Source: Vitrella brassicaformis CCMP3155 (lineage: Eukaryota > Protista > Chromerida). Taken from it: a stretch of DNA of 54,034 bases. Where the stretch lies: the NCBI GenBank assembly GCA_001179505.1, contig CDMY01000545.1:1-54034 (forward strand). Reading direction: 5' to 3'. The notes beneath the pieces were generated by a model. It was not told the DNA's origin, did not search any database, and worked only from the letters and a program-made list of their open reading frames with translations. Of the stretch, positions 28,124 through 41,520 are shown piece by piece; within the stretch, counting starts at the first letter, position 1, and each line of letters opens with the position of its first letter. Both the position numbers and the translations under genes were made by a program.

Positions 28124-30370
28124 GGGTGGGTCGGGCCAGCCGAGCCGAGCCGACTGGGGAGCCGCCCTGCCTGCCTGTCCGCCTGTCACTTTTCATTTCC
28201 TTTGGGGGAGGGAAAAGAACGGGGAGGGGCGTCGGCCCGCCTGCCTGGCTGCGGTCTGAATGCATGCATTGTCTGTCTGTCTGTCTGTCTGTCATCGACT
28301 GATTGATTGATTGATTGATTGATTTGCCCGGGAGGGAGGGTGGGCACCGGGGTGGTGAGTGTATGAGGGATGTATGGGATGTGCTTGTGTGCTGCAGTGT
28401 GCTGCACGCGGGGTCCGGGCCGGGCGGATGCTGGCTGGCTGGCTGTCTGGGACTGTAAAGGTCATGTGATGGGAATCGATCGGCCGATGACTTACTTGCT
28501 CCGTGGATGGGCGGTGGGGGGGTGTGAGGCAGACAGGCAAGGCTGGCTGGCTGGCTAACTCTGCGGCAAGGAGGGGGGCTCTGGCTGACTGAATCTGTTA
28601 TGGTACGTCGGTGATTTCTTTTTCTGGGCTGGCTGGCTGGCTGCCTTGCCCCCTGCTGGTCGGTCGCCAGTCAGTCAGTCAGTCAGTCAGTCATAGACAC
28701 GGATGCATCCATCCGCCGGCCGCCGACACGTCGATTCATCGATCGACGCACCCGTGTGTGTACATGTAAGTGATGTCTCTCCCTACCCCCTCCCTCCCTC
28801 CCTCCTGCTGCATGCTGGATGCCCTGATGGATGGATGGATGGATTGGCTGATGATTTTGTGAGTGGTTGAGTGGTCGAGTGGTCGCCTGGCAGACAGACA
28901 GACAGACAGACAGCAAGCAGTGAGTGGGGTCTGGTGTGCGGGGCGCTGTCTGTCACTACTAACTAACTGACTATATGCTGATCTCTCTCGACATCGTCAT
29001 CCCCATCACATCATGGGTGTCTGTGTGTATGTCTGTACGTACCGTACCCAGCTAAGACTAAATGTTAGGTCCGTGGAGGGACGAGAGGAACCAACCAACA
29101 CACAGACTGACTGACTGACTGAGCACTGAGCGAGCTGGCAGGGAGCGACGGGGCGCACAGAGGCACATACAGACAGGAATGCACGGAGAGATGAAGCTCT
29201 TCACAGAGTGCACACACGCATCCACGTGTGGATGGATGGTGTGAGTCTGTCTGTGTGTGTGTGGATCTGTGTGGTACGTATGGCCGTAGTAGTTGTGCAT
29301 TGCTGAGTGAGTGAGTGAGTCGACGGACCGACCGACCTACGTGAGCGGGTGGGTGACGGACAGATATTGAAATTAACCTCTGTATGCCTGATGGATGGAT
29401 GGAGATCCTTGTTGGGGCAGAATGTGATGATCCATCTTTAAAATTGTCCACCAGTGTCCGTCACGTCACACACACATCCATCTCACCACCGCACCGACGC
29501 ACACGAACGACGCACAGACAGACACGAATCACCCGAGACACACACGAGCATAAGCACGAACATGCACACAGACACATGAATGAATCGGAAAATTGATTGA
29601 GCCTGCTTTGTGTTTGCTGCCCTGCCCCATCCTTCCCTCCCTCTCTCTCGCCCCTCTCTGGCTGTCCGTTTGTCTGTCAAGACTGAGCATCTTGTGTGTG
29701 GGCTCCCCGAACGTCTTAGGCCACATGCACCTGTACGACACACACCGAACCGCACCTGTCTGTCTGTCTGTCTGTCTATCTGTCTTGGATGATTCTTAAG
29801 GAAAAAGAAGCACAGAAAGCGAGGCAACGTCCGCACGCACCACACGAAGGGAGGGAGTGACTACGCAGGCAGGCATCTACGCAGCGACATCCATGGTGTG
29901 GTGGGGGGTGGGATGGTTGTGGGAGTCAGTGCGGCACTTTCGACCACTTTCGCATGCAGGCATGCAGGCAGGCAGGCAAAGAAACAACACAAAGAAACAA
30001 CACAACAAAGAAGAAACAAAAATGACAACAGACACACCTGCATATATCCCTCCGCCATCCATCCATTCCTGCCTGGCCGGACGCATCCACGCACTCGTAC
30101 GTACGTACAAACAGACCTGTACGCAAGCGTATCGCTCCCTCTGCCCGTCTGTCTGTCTATTCATCATTCATCCGCCCCCTCCAATCAGTTAGTTGGTGAG
30201 TGACATCCATTCGTTCGTTCAGGCTTTCATGTGAACGCACCGTAGATAAATAGATAGCCTTCCTTATTGTGTCGTGTACGTATGATATGCAATGCAAACA
30301 AGCAAACAAGTGAGTGAAGAGTACGGATGGCATGGACGTCCGCAGGTGTCGTGTCATCCGTCAGGTCAGG

Positions 30371-33300
30371 TCAGCCCATGAAGTCTTGGTCGGCACCCCT
30401 CATCTGGCGGCTAGCCGTGGGCCCTCCAAGCAGCTGCAGAGTCACACACACACACACACCAAGCAGCAACAAACAGGGCAATGCCGCACAGGCAGACATA
30501 GAGGTGCACACCGTGTGTAAGCTGGCTGGCTGGCTGGCGCATTCGTGTCACTCATAGTCCCTCCCTGTACCCTGTGTGTGTGCATATGTGTGTGCGAGCG
30601 TGTGTGTGTGTTTACAGGTGCGTGTTTCCACATACTTCTGGGGTCGTGTCCGGCAGCGGCAGCCATCATCTCAGCCTTGGTGGCGTGGAACAGCTCCACA
30701 TAACGGTGACCCATCGTAGCCTACGCAAAATCACACCCACACGACAGATAACCATCCATCCGTCCATCCATCCATTCAGGCAGGTAGAGCCGTGCGGCAA
30801 CGGCACGGCCATACCCTGTTTCTGGCGATGTAGGCGCGCTGTGCCTCATCGGGCGAAGCGAACTCAACATACGCCTGCCCCAACCAACGCGCGCACACAC
30901 ACAGAGAGACAGAGACACAGGGTGTGTGGGTGCTGTGCTGTGCTGTTTTGATTGATGAGGCGGCCCGGCCTGCCATGTCTGTCTGTCTGTCTGACCTCGC
31001 CGGAAGGTCGTCCGTTGATGGGTGCGGTCGAGGGCAGCACAGCCAACATCTGGAAACCCGCAAAGAATTGCTGCACACAACACCACACACATAACACACA
31101 GACCATTTGTTTTGCGTATGGCTGATCAGCCCTCGTCTCTCTCTCTCTCTCTCTCTGTCTGTATGTGTGTGTGTGCGCGTGTGTATGTCTCAAATGCCTA
31201 CCACGATGTCGGTCTCGGTGGCCGAGTAAGGCAGTCCGCGCATCCTGATGACGCTCTCGCCCGGGAAGGGACTCGACTGGTAACCACCCCCCCCACCATA
31301 CTGACACACACACAGCGCACAGCATAACAACCACAACGACACCCGTTGAGCAAGGGAGGAGGAGTGACATTGCGCGCACACATGCAGTGCATGCCCCATG
31401 TAACGTGGTGTGTGTGTGTGTGTGAGTGGGAAGGAGCACGAGCGAGAGCGAGTATGTGTGTCTCTCGTCTCATCTCGTGTCCGTTCTTTCGTTCGTCCGT
31501 CTACCTCCCACCTCCCCTGGCCCGTATTAATGAATGCCCGCCAAAATCCCCAAGACGAATCGAATAGTGGTCCCGCCCGCCCGCTTAGCTCCCACCAACA
31601 CATGCACTTGCTTGCCCGCCCGCCCGCCCGCCATTGTGCTTACTCCCGCCCTCTAACCAGTGAGGCAGACAGGAGGGGACCATGCCGCAGAGAGAGACGC
31701 TCGAACCAAAGGCAGCCAGCCTCCACACAGGGACAAGACATGACGTCGGGCCGGTCGCTGAGCTTGGTGAGTCGCAGTCGCAGTCGCCGTCAAGAGCCTC
31801 TCTCCTCCACAAGCCGAGTAAGCCCCCGCCATGCCACCATAAGCCGCACCCCCCATCCCCAATCCACCCAACCAGTTTGCCTATCTGTCTGTCTTCCTAT
31901 TTACTGACGACCTCCCACTAAGCAGGCAGGAACGAGCCCCCTACCTACCTCCCTGTCTCCCTGCCTGTCGAGATATGGCTGCCTGCCTGCCTCGCTATAT
32001 GTACGAATGCCTCGCTTGGCTAGATCAACTGGCCTGGCTGCTGCCTGGCCTGGGCTGCAGTGAGAGAATCTTCGGCCAGTGGATGGGTCTGGGGGGCGTG
32101 TTGGCCAGGTGGGGCGGCTGCAGGATCTGAGGGGCGGCGGGGCGACCGCGGGGTCGGCCGGGATGGACACCGACGCTGTTAGCCTTGGGACGGGGCAGCA
32201 CAGTGGGTCCCAGAGGCACACCATCGACAGTAGTGGGCGTCCTGCTGTCGCCAGAGAGGTAGATAATGGCGCCAGCCTCTTGGTCAACACCACCGCCGTA
32301 ACCATAACCATAACCAGTAGCAGCATTAGCAACATTAGCACCACCAATAGCATTAGGGCGACCACCACCAGTAGTGTTGAAGCATGCGGCGCCAGGGGAG
32401 GCGGGGTTTGGGTATCGGTGCTGCCTCGTGTGTGCGGTGTGTGTCATGGTGTGCGGATAGTGCTGGTGCGTCCTTACCCCCGCGCCGTACCCCGGCCCGC
32501 CAGGGCCCATGCCGCCGTACCCGCCGCCGCCACCCATTCCCATACCGGGCTGAATGAACCAATCAAGCAAAGGATCAAACAAACACAAGATCGTGGATAT
32601 GAGTGTGCGTGTGTGGGGGGGGGGGCGCCGTTCTCACTCTGAATCCCCTCGGCTGCTGTGCGTGGACCATCTCGGCCTTGGTCGACGGGAACAACTCGAT
32701 GTAGCGCGAGCCTACATGTGCACACGGAGCGATGCGAGAAGGCCCAATCACTCACACACACGGTGTGGATGTGAGTGAGTATGTTCGTGTATGTGAGTTT
32801 GTGTTGTTACCCATAGTCTGCTTGTTGAGCTCCATGCGCGCTTGCTCAGCGGTCGACTGACGCAGGCAGACACGCACAGACAGAAGGCCAGAGGCATGTT
32901 GCTGTTGTGTAGCTACTGCCATCTATAGATCCATGCCATGCGATGCGCACCTCCGAGTCGAATTGGACCCAAGCTTCGCCCGAGGGCCGTCCGTCGAGGG
33001 TGGTGCCGATCACCACATCCTCGGCCTTAACGTTGAAACCTACATGACCCCGCACCACACACACACCCCAGACATCGACACACAGATCTATACACACGTA
33101 TGGAATGTGCCATCGATGGCTGTGTGTGTAGTCATTGTGTGTAGCAGGGGACAGGTTAAGACAGACAGTATGGTGGATACATCGCATCTGCCTTAGTTAA
33201 TCCCTGCCTGTGTCTGTCTGCCGAGTGCGACAGATTGCCAACAGCACACGACAGCTGATGCACTATCCATACCCGGCTCGACCGCCCCTCACTCACTCAC

Positions 33301-34202
33301 TCACTCACTACGATGCCTGGCCTGGCAGCCTGAGGGAGTGCGCCCCGGGTGTGTCTGTCTGACTTACGCTGGAAGAACTGGATGATGTCGAGATACGTTG
33401 CAGACCACGGCAGACCCCTCATGCGCAACACGCCCTATACACACAAGAAACGACACCGCCACACACCAACATACACACATTGCCTCCTCCCTCCCTCCCT
33501 CCCTCCCTCCCTCCATGTGTGTGTAACGTACGTACCACGGCTCCCCCGTGTGGTCCCCCCGGGTGGTCGTGTGGCCCGGGCGGTCCGCCCATGCCGTAGC
33601 CGCCCATGTCGCCACGCGTCTGCTTGACGTACCTGTCGTACTCGGTCGCCGTGCTGCGGAAGATCTCGATGTAACGGGTCCCCAGGTGGTGACGGTTCTT
33701 GCTCAACGCCTGGTCAGCCTGCACAGCACACAACACAGCACCCAGCCAGCCAGCCAGCCCGCACAGCCAACATGACACGGAATCGATTTGTTATGTGTTG
33801 TGTGTGTTGGCGAGCGTGTGTGTCTCCTGACCTCTGCGTCGGTGTTGAAGCGCACGAATGCCTCGCCAGTGGCACGACCCTGATGAGAGCAAGCAGGCAA
33901 GCAGTGAGAGGGGGGGGAGGGGAGTCACCACGTGTGGTGTGTGCGATGGCTTCCTTACGTCAGGTCCCTGGACGATAGTGACGTCCTGGTTCTGGCACTG
34001 CAGGGGCAGCATGAACGACACGATGTCCTGCTCGGAGGCACTGTACGGCAAACCACGAAGACGCACCTGATACGCAGAAACACAGCACACACACAGCGCA
34101 CGACTATCCACCCCTTCCTCCATCTCCCTGTGTGTGCCTCTGTCTCGTGTGTCTTACAAATGCGCCATTGGATGGCATGGAGCCATTCGCAGGCTGGTCC
34201 AT
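30371..34202 (-). CDS. hnRNP F/H-like protein with three qRRM domains
   Basis: MDQPANGSMPSNGAF|VRLRGLPYSA...ATGEAFVRF...GTRYIEIFRS; MRGLPWSAT...PSGEAWVQF; IRMRGLPYSAT...PSGEAYVEF...MGHRYVELF; G/Y/M-rich linker. The last exon frame is uncertain (stop at 30371 or 30411). Confidence 0.92.
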
Positions 34203-34608
34203 GGTGAGTGCCCCTCCTCTCTCACAAACGCGAGACCACAACCACCTGCACACAGCAAAGAAACAAGCACGACAACGGTCAGGTCAGCGAGTGCTTGTCA
34301 CGTGACGGGCAGGCATCAATCCGGCGCGCCACCCCTGCGCTCCTGTCCTCCCTCTCTGTCAATGACACAACGGGCGGAGCTGCCCGCCCGCGAGTAGGGG
34401 GCGTGCAGCGGGGGACAGGCAGGCAGGCAGCTCTCCACCGCGAGGCATCCCTGAGCTGTCTGCCTTCCCCTCTCTGCATGTGCTGCCTCGCTCTCTGCGG
34501 GGATCTGTGGCTGCGGTCTGCCTGCCTGCTCCTGATCTTGGCTCTTCTCGTGTTGGCTCACCTTCGCTGACGGGTCTTCAGGCTTCTTCCTCAGGATTTT
34601 TTCGGTCA

Positions 34609-34625
34609 CGCGAGCTAAGCTTGCA
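34609..34625. promoter_or_regulatory. Candidate promoter element CGCGAGCTAAGCTTGCA
   Basis: About 410 bp upstream of the hnRNP-like ATG; shares an exact 14-mer with 17979-17992. Confidence 0.5.
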
Positions 34626-37541
34626 AACATTCTGTTTGATGCAGGATGCAGGATTGGAGCCCTAAGGTGTGGGTTCCCCCGAAAAGAGGCGTGCACGTGC
34701 AGCAGCGTCTAGATCTCATCGAAACGCTTTGTCGCTTCCGGCTGATTGAGATTTCTGTGAGTATCTTGTACGATGCCGTCACTGGAAGGTCAGCGCAAGC
34801 AAGCCGCCCTTCGCAAACAACAGCAGGTGGCGTGCAGGCGACACAGTCATTGCGTGGCGTATTGGGGTGCACCCACGCATCTCTGCTGGTGTGTTTGCGT
34901 CCTGCAGGGTTAGTTGGTGGCATCGCAATGGTATGGTGGAGGAGATGGGCGGCAGAAGCGGCGGGCGGAGGGGCAACGTAGACCGACGGGTAGTGCTAGA
35001 GCCGCCACTCACTCACTCACTCACTCACGCGCCTGCATGATGGGTGCATCCAGGCTGCCTGTGTCTGTCAGCTCGGGCTTTGTTGTTTTGTTGAGCCATA
35101 TATAGCTAGACCCATCCACCAACACAGCCAACTACACACAGACAGACAGATGAATCTCTCTAAAGAGTTTGTCAATCTCTGTCTGCCTGTCTGTTTTGTT
35201 TGTGTGTCATGCGGCTTGTGATGCGTCCACTTATTTGTGCCCTTTGTGTGCTTCCTTCCCTCACGCCTCGGGAATCGACTCCCTGCCTGCAGTGTACATA
35301 AAAACAGAGAGATGGGCGGGCCGGCGGGCGGGCGGGCGGGCGACCATGAAGCCAGGACGGGCATGTGCGCTTCTGGTGCCATGAGGCCAAGTACAGTGCT
35401 TCCAATAGCAAAGACGTGTTGCACATCTGCGGTGCACGCACCGACTGGATGACTCAGTCAGACTCACACGAGGTGATCCCTCTACCTGTGAGATGCCCAC
35501 CCACCACCCAACGCCGCTCTCTTCGCCTGGCTGTCCGTCTTGTCCGTCAATGTCGTGCGTGTGGATTGATTTGATTGATCGTGGGTTGCTGATGATATAA
35601 TGGCCTGGCCTGGCCGTGCCGTGCAGTGATGTCTGTCTGCATTTGTTGGTGGTACGGATGTATGTGTGGTTAGTGGAGTGCAGTGCATGTGATGATTGAT
35701 CGCTGCATACCTACTCAATCTGGTCAACTGACTGATGCCGTGCCCCGCCCCGTCCTTCCTATTTATTCTCTCTTGCGTACACAAGCTATGGGACTATCCC
35801 GACCAGACAGCCATCGCTGCTGACTGATATTTTTGCTGCTTTCTTCTCTCGGTGTGTACCTCTGTCTGTCTCTCCTGCCTGATTGTGTTGGGATGGATGG
35901 ATGGATGGATTCGCTCCCTCGCTCGCATTTGCTCGTTCGGTAGCCAAAACGGCACGCCTCGTTTTAAGCCATCCACCAACACACACACCACCCACAGCAC
36001 AGACAGCAGTTTTGTCTAGCTACCACTTTCGCCCGCCTCTCTGCCCCTCACCCTTGCCGTCCTCTCTCTTTCCCTCTCTATGTCCTCTCTCACTCATGTA
36101 TGCCCCAACGACCAACCAGCATGACAACGTTCTGGGCTGCACAGAGAGCGAGACAGAAAGAGAGGGGTGGAGGGGTGAGGGACGATCCAACACATCAATC
36201 CCATCACATTACACGAGCACACGGATGTGCATGGGTGGGGAGGTAGCACGGACTTGGTGTTGGTAGCTGTTGCGTGGCTGAAGGGATGGTTGGTATGGAT
36301 GGATGGATGCAAGAGACACCGGTAACGTTTGCCTTGCGCATGAACCGCTGATAGACAGCTCACGCAAATGACCATCCCATCCCATATCCACCGGAAGAAT
36401 TATTACTGATACACACATGCTCGCCATTCACAACGTCGTCATGCCCAGCCACCACCCCCACTCACTTCTACTCGTATGGATGGGTGTGTATGGGTGTATG
36501 GGTATGTGTACCTGCCTACATTGCTGTCTGCGCGAGCCAGCCAATAGTGCAGACACACACACGCGCGCGCACACACGTTTCCTCATGCACATCGATGCGC
36601 AGAGCGCAGAACTGTCACGCCACGCCACGCCACGCCACGCCACACGCACATCCCCTCTCCCCCCGCACCCACCCGGTAATTACACAATATGCACACCAAA
36701 TCGCCTGAGCTCCTTCTAGCAGTGCCATTTTTGTTCAACGTGGCAGACAGAACAACTCGTAGCTAGCAAGTCAGCAGGGCCCAAAAATGGAGAGCAATCG
36801 GCCAAAAACCCACGCGCACAGAGAAAGAGAGAGACGCATTTGTGTATGTCAGCATCGCATCGTACATGAGTGCAGTCGTGCCCTCCATGGACTTGAGCGA
36901 CGTGCACACAAGACATGCACCGTGTGTAGTGAATGCATGCCGATAATCAATAAAACGAGGACCCATCGTCACACGAATGGTTTGCAAGCGTATGTAAAGG
37001 GCCGTGTGTGCGAGAGGGATTGATCGATCAACATATACACACCAATGACAAGACTGAGGCCGACGTTCGGCCAACAGACACAAACAAACAAGACACACAA
37101 AACAACACACACGACAAACAAAACAACACAAACAACACACGTGCACGAAGGCGACCCAGCGCAAGAAAAACCTGCCTCACTCATCCGAAGGCTCCATGGA
37201 TGACACGACGTCCACCGACCCTCAATGACCCACCCACGCAACAACAGGCAGACAGGCACTCACACCCACGCCCTCACCCACACGTATGCAGCCGCCATCT
37301 CTGTGGGCCCATCATGTCTTTGTGGGCAAAGGGACAGCACATACATGTGTAATTCACTGAGCACATACATGTAGATGGACACTCAGTGACAAATCGAGGG
37401 AAAGCAGTCCAGCCACGCGTCTGCGCCATGAATGCAATCACCGATTCACGCATCGGTCGAAGCTGACTGTTCGCTCGTGAGCTTGCATCGTGCTCAGGAA
37501 ACGAAAAAGCACATCGAATGGGTCAGTGGGGAAGGGGCACC

Positions 37542-40193
37542 TCACCACATGTCCTTGGAGTCAAGAGTGTTGCCGCTGTGCCCCTTGACGCGCTCAAACA
37601 CGATCGCGCCGATGCCGTCACACAGCTTGCCGCCAAGCTGTGGGTCAATGGCGGGCTCAAAGTGCACGCCAGTCCACAGGCGGCTCTCGGCGCACACAGT
37701 CGCTATCTCGTCAAACGATTCCCACCTGAAGGAGATGCATCCATCCATCCATCCATTTGATGTGTCATTCAGCTGCATGTGAGTGTGTGTTTGTGGTTAC
37801 TCACTCGACGATAAGGTCTGTCGTTGGCGACATGCCCGTCTCGACGAGGGATGATCCCTTGGGGAAATATGCCTTCAGCTTGCCGCTGATGTCGAAGCCC
37901 TCAAATGCGGTCTTTGCGAACTCCATCGTTGCACGGCACAAGCACGCTGACCCCGACGGATACTCTGATGGAGCGATTGAGTGATGGAGTGCACGGCGAT
38001 CGAGGGAGGCAAAGGACACATAAGGACAAGAGGGTACAGTTGCACGCCTTGCTGCACCGATCGCACCTGTGTGTGGCATAGTTCTAAAGTAGGACTTCCA
38101 GTCCCTCCCCATGATCGGCTTGACGCCCTCCTTTGGCACGTACGCGGAAAATCTGACAACCACAATTGCATCCATCCATGTGTGTCTGTCCATCCATCCA
38201 CGTGGGTACGTTTGTACGTTTCGTTTTGAAGAAAGTGTTGGATGAAGGACTGCGGTCTGACGGCTTCGTGGAAGATCTTCTCCTTCCAGGCCACAATGGT
38301 GGCGTCGTGCAGCAGCCCGACGTAGCCCAAGTCGATAGCCGTGAACTCTTCAAAGGTCATGTCCAACGGCTGACAGACACACAACAGCGGCACGTAGAAT
38401 GGTTTGTATGTGTTTGGCCGGTTCATTTGCTTGTGTGCGGTGCTCACCTTGATGAGCTGGAGGAGTGTCGAGCCGAGGGAATACAGCTGAGCGAGCGAGA
38501 CAGATAGACACAAAGACCATATACGTATACATGTACGCCGATTCAAGCATATTGTACATATTTCGCTCACTCTCACCTTGTTATCAAAATACTCTCCGAT
38601 CGCCTTCTTCTTCTCTGACATACCGCCACACACGCAAGACAAGACACACGCGTCAGTCATGCGTGTCTGGCCCTCCATGAGTCAATCACATCCGCCGCCC
38701 GTTCACCGACCGTCGAGCTCGAGTGATTCTTCGATGACCTTCCAGGCCCTCTCCTTCAGCACATCTACACAGCTCGTGTCGTTACCCTTTGGCGGCTCCC
38801 CCTGGTGGCCCGGGTCCCTCTTGTGTGGCGTGTCCTGGACGCAGTTGAAAATCGGTGGCGACCTCCTGATGTCGACCTGCTGCTGCGTCAGGAAGAAGGG
38901 CCGCACTCTGCCCGCCTGAGGGGTGATGTGTTGCTGTACCACATTGTAGCCATAGCGCGTGCCAGAACCATCGAGCCCCTGTGTTTAGGGAGGGCGGGAG
39001 GCAGGGAGAGACATGCATAGAGACGCATCGATGCGAGCGGTGCCGATGCATCCATCCGATGGGCAAGTCGTGTGTGTTTGTGTACCTCTACCTCAATGAG
39101 TGGCTGCCAGTAGGTGGGATACACGAGCTCGTATGGGTCGTTTACAGGCTTGTAGCCGGTCCAGTCCTCATAAGGCAGGCCATTGTGCTCGTGCAGCATG
39201 GTGCCGTCCCTGTTGTATCCGTCGTCGTTGAACCACTCTACAGTCTCCCTCGCCACCAGGTTACCCAGGCCTGCAGCCGTCTCCTCGTCGGCCTCCGTGT
39301 CCAACGGATTGTAGCCCAGCAGCGGCATCACTTGCTTAAAAGCCTCAGCTGTACATTCGCATGCCATCCGATCAATCCCACGACCGATCAGTGAGGTGCT
39401 CGCTCTTCTGCTGACCTGCTCGAGGTATGAGGATCCTCTGGAATTCGTAACACGCATGGACGCCAGCCTCCTGGCGGTTTCGGTGGGTCCGCATGTGCTT
39501 CGGCGCGCGGCGATCGGGGCCAAAGAAGACGTGCCAATCGTCAGTGAAGGCCGCCACGGCGTGGAAGATGGCCACAGTCAGCATCAGGTTGTGGGCGTTC
39601 TGAACCGGTGGCTCGTATGTGAGAATGTTCGGCGCCCACAGCGCGATGCACATGAGGGTGGGAATTTCCTTGACGTATTGCAAGAGCCCGACATCGAAGG
39701 TATTGGCGAGCACCACACTGGGCATACTGAACACATCCTCCCAGAAGGCACGGGGCAGCCTGTCGGTGAACTCGGCTGAACGACACAACACAACACACAA
39801 ACAAACAAACGATCGACACCCTTTTACCGTTTGTCTGCCCCGTGTCGGTCTGTACGTACCAAGTCCGAGCCTTGTGAGCGCCTGCAGCTTGCCCTGCAGG
39901 CTCTCTGCGGCCTCGAGCGGGCTGAACGGTCCCATGTAGTCGCTCTCCTGCGGCGTAAGGAATCCTCCGCCGAGCAAGTTGCCGGCCGTCAAGTTGCCCC
40001 CCGTTTCCAGCCGCGTTTCCGCCGCCTGTCCAGCGGCATGTAGTGGTGGGAAGAGGAGGTCCACGATCTCACCGAGCGGGCTCTTTGGCCTCGCCTCCCC
40101 CTTCTCATCCGGACCCTCTGCGCCACAGCGAAAAAAAACAGCCGGGACCAGGAGAAGAAAGAACGCCGCGACCGCCGGCCTGAGCACCGCCAT
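37542..40193 (-). CDS. Secreted vanadium-dependent haloperoxidase-like (PAP2 superfamily) protein (~10 exons)
   Basis: Signal peptide MAVLRPAVAAFFLLLVPAVFFRCGA; WKEKIFHEAVRP (motif 1); MPHT|EYPSGSA (motif 2); ESRLWTGVHF (motif 3); N-terminal DGYNRDG...YEDWTGYKPVN...WQPL and QQHITPQAG segments. Confidence 0.88.
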
Positions 40194-40407
40194 ATTCGTT
40201 CACCAGCACTCGATTCGCTCAAGCGCTTCACGTCAAGCGGGCTGCGGTTTGCTGCATGACGATCCACTCTACAGTGCCTTGTACGCAAGGGGACTGTTAA
40301 CCTAGCCGTTGAGTCTTCGTGCAGTGACTTAATCGACGTGTGAGCGGCTGTGAAGCACGTCAACCAGATAGATACACACGATACACACGGGCTCTGAAAC
40401 TGTGCAG

Positions 40408-40935
40408 ATCTGTGACGAGGCGGACGAGCGGAGCGCAGAGAGTGAGTCGTCGTAGGATTGCCTCGCCGGTCGTAGTTGAGCCGGACGCAGCTGACGTTTC
40501 AGCCTGCCAGTGGTGGGGGGTGGGTTTGTCCGACGCCATTCTTCTCGTGCCTGCAGGTTCCACCCACACACACACACAGGGAGAGGAGAGAGAGATACCC
40601 GCATCCATCCATCCATCCGTCGATCCATCCGTCCGTCCGTCCGTCCGTCCGTGTGTCTGTCCGTCTGATTTCAAGGCCGGGCCGTCCTCCAGGCCAGTGC
40701 CTCGTCCACCTACCATCCCCTCCCGCCCGGCCCACTGCCTGCAACCGTCCAGCCTCGCCCCCCCATCATGCCAACTCTGGAGGCGACGGCAGCCCGAGAC
40801 CCCTGGACGGGAGCGCTGCCGGACGGTTTGGTGATTGACACAGATGAGGCGGCCAGGGACGGGAAGTGGAGCATCGACCATGTCAGGGCCTTCTGTGTCC
40901 TTCGTGCGGGGGAAGCCGTATGGCCCCTCGACTGA
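40408..40935 (+). CDS. Possible small hypothetical gene (at least two exons; start not identified)
   Basis: Exon 40408-40556 (...VEPDAADVSACQWWGVGLSDAILLVPA G|gt) joins in phase 1 to exon 40676-40935 (GRAVLQ...DPWTGALPDGLVID...HVRAFCVLRAGEAVWPLD-TGA). Confidence 0.4.
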
Positions 40936-41520
40936 CAGACAGGGGGGAGGGAGGGAGGGAGGGAGGGAGGGAGGGGGGCAGGGGCAGGGGAGCTATATAT
41001 ATGGCTATCTGGCGCTGTGTAGCGGCAGTTGTGTAGCGGACAGACGGGTCGAGGATACAGCTCATGAGGGGCACACTGATGCTGTATCGCCGTCTGCATG
41101 AGGGGCACACTGATGCTGGTTGGTTGCTTGATTGGTTGGTTGGTTGCTTTGGTCTGGGTGGCGGGCGGACACTGTGAATAGTTGACAAAGAACATCACAA
41201 TGGCCAGTTAGATGAATAATGACTTTGACCATTCGACAGAGCATTCACACATCCAGCGGCTCATCAATCCTTGGTATGTATCGAGCTACACGGGCCTGTG
41301 TGGTTCGGTCGGCTATGTAATTAGTTGGCGCAAATACGATGCCCACCACCGGTATTTGGCTTCTCGCTTGTCTTCTATACAATCACGGTATACACGAAAA
41401 GTTTTCGTCTGTTTGTTTGTCGCACATGATGACACATATCTGTCTCTCTATCTGTCTGTCTGTCTATGTACAGCGCACGCGTCCATCCACACGGCCAGTA
41501 AAGGCAGGCCCGCTGGCCAG

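Noticed and set aside
34646-34981. 111-aa plus ORF divergent from the hnRNP-like promoter
   Set aside because: No homology or motif is recognisable and no consistent spliced model emerged; it may be a noncoding divergent transcript.
41063-41118. 22-nt direct repeat CATGAGGGGCACACTGATGCTG x2 (CRISPR-like?)
   Set aside because: Only two copies with a 12-nt spacer, in a eukaryotic context with no cas genes; a local tandem duplication.
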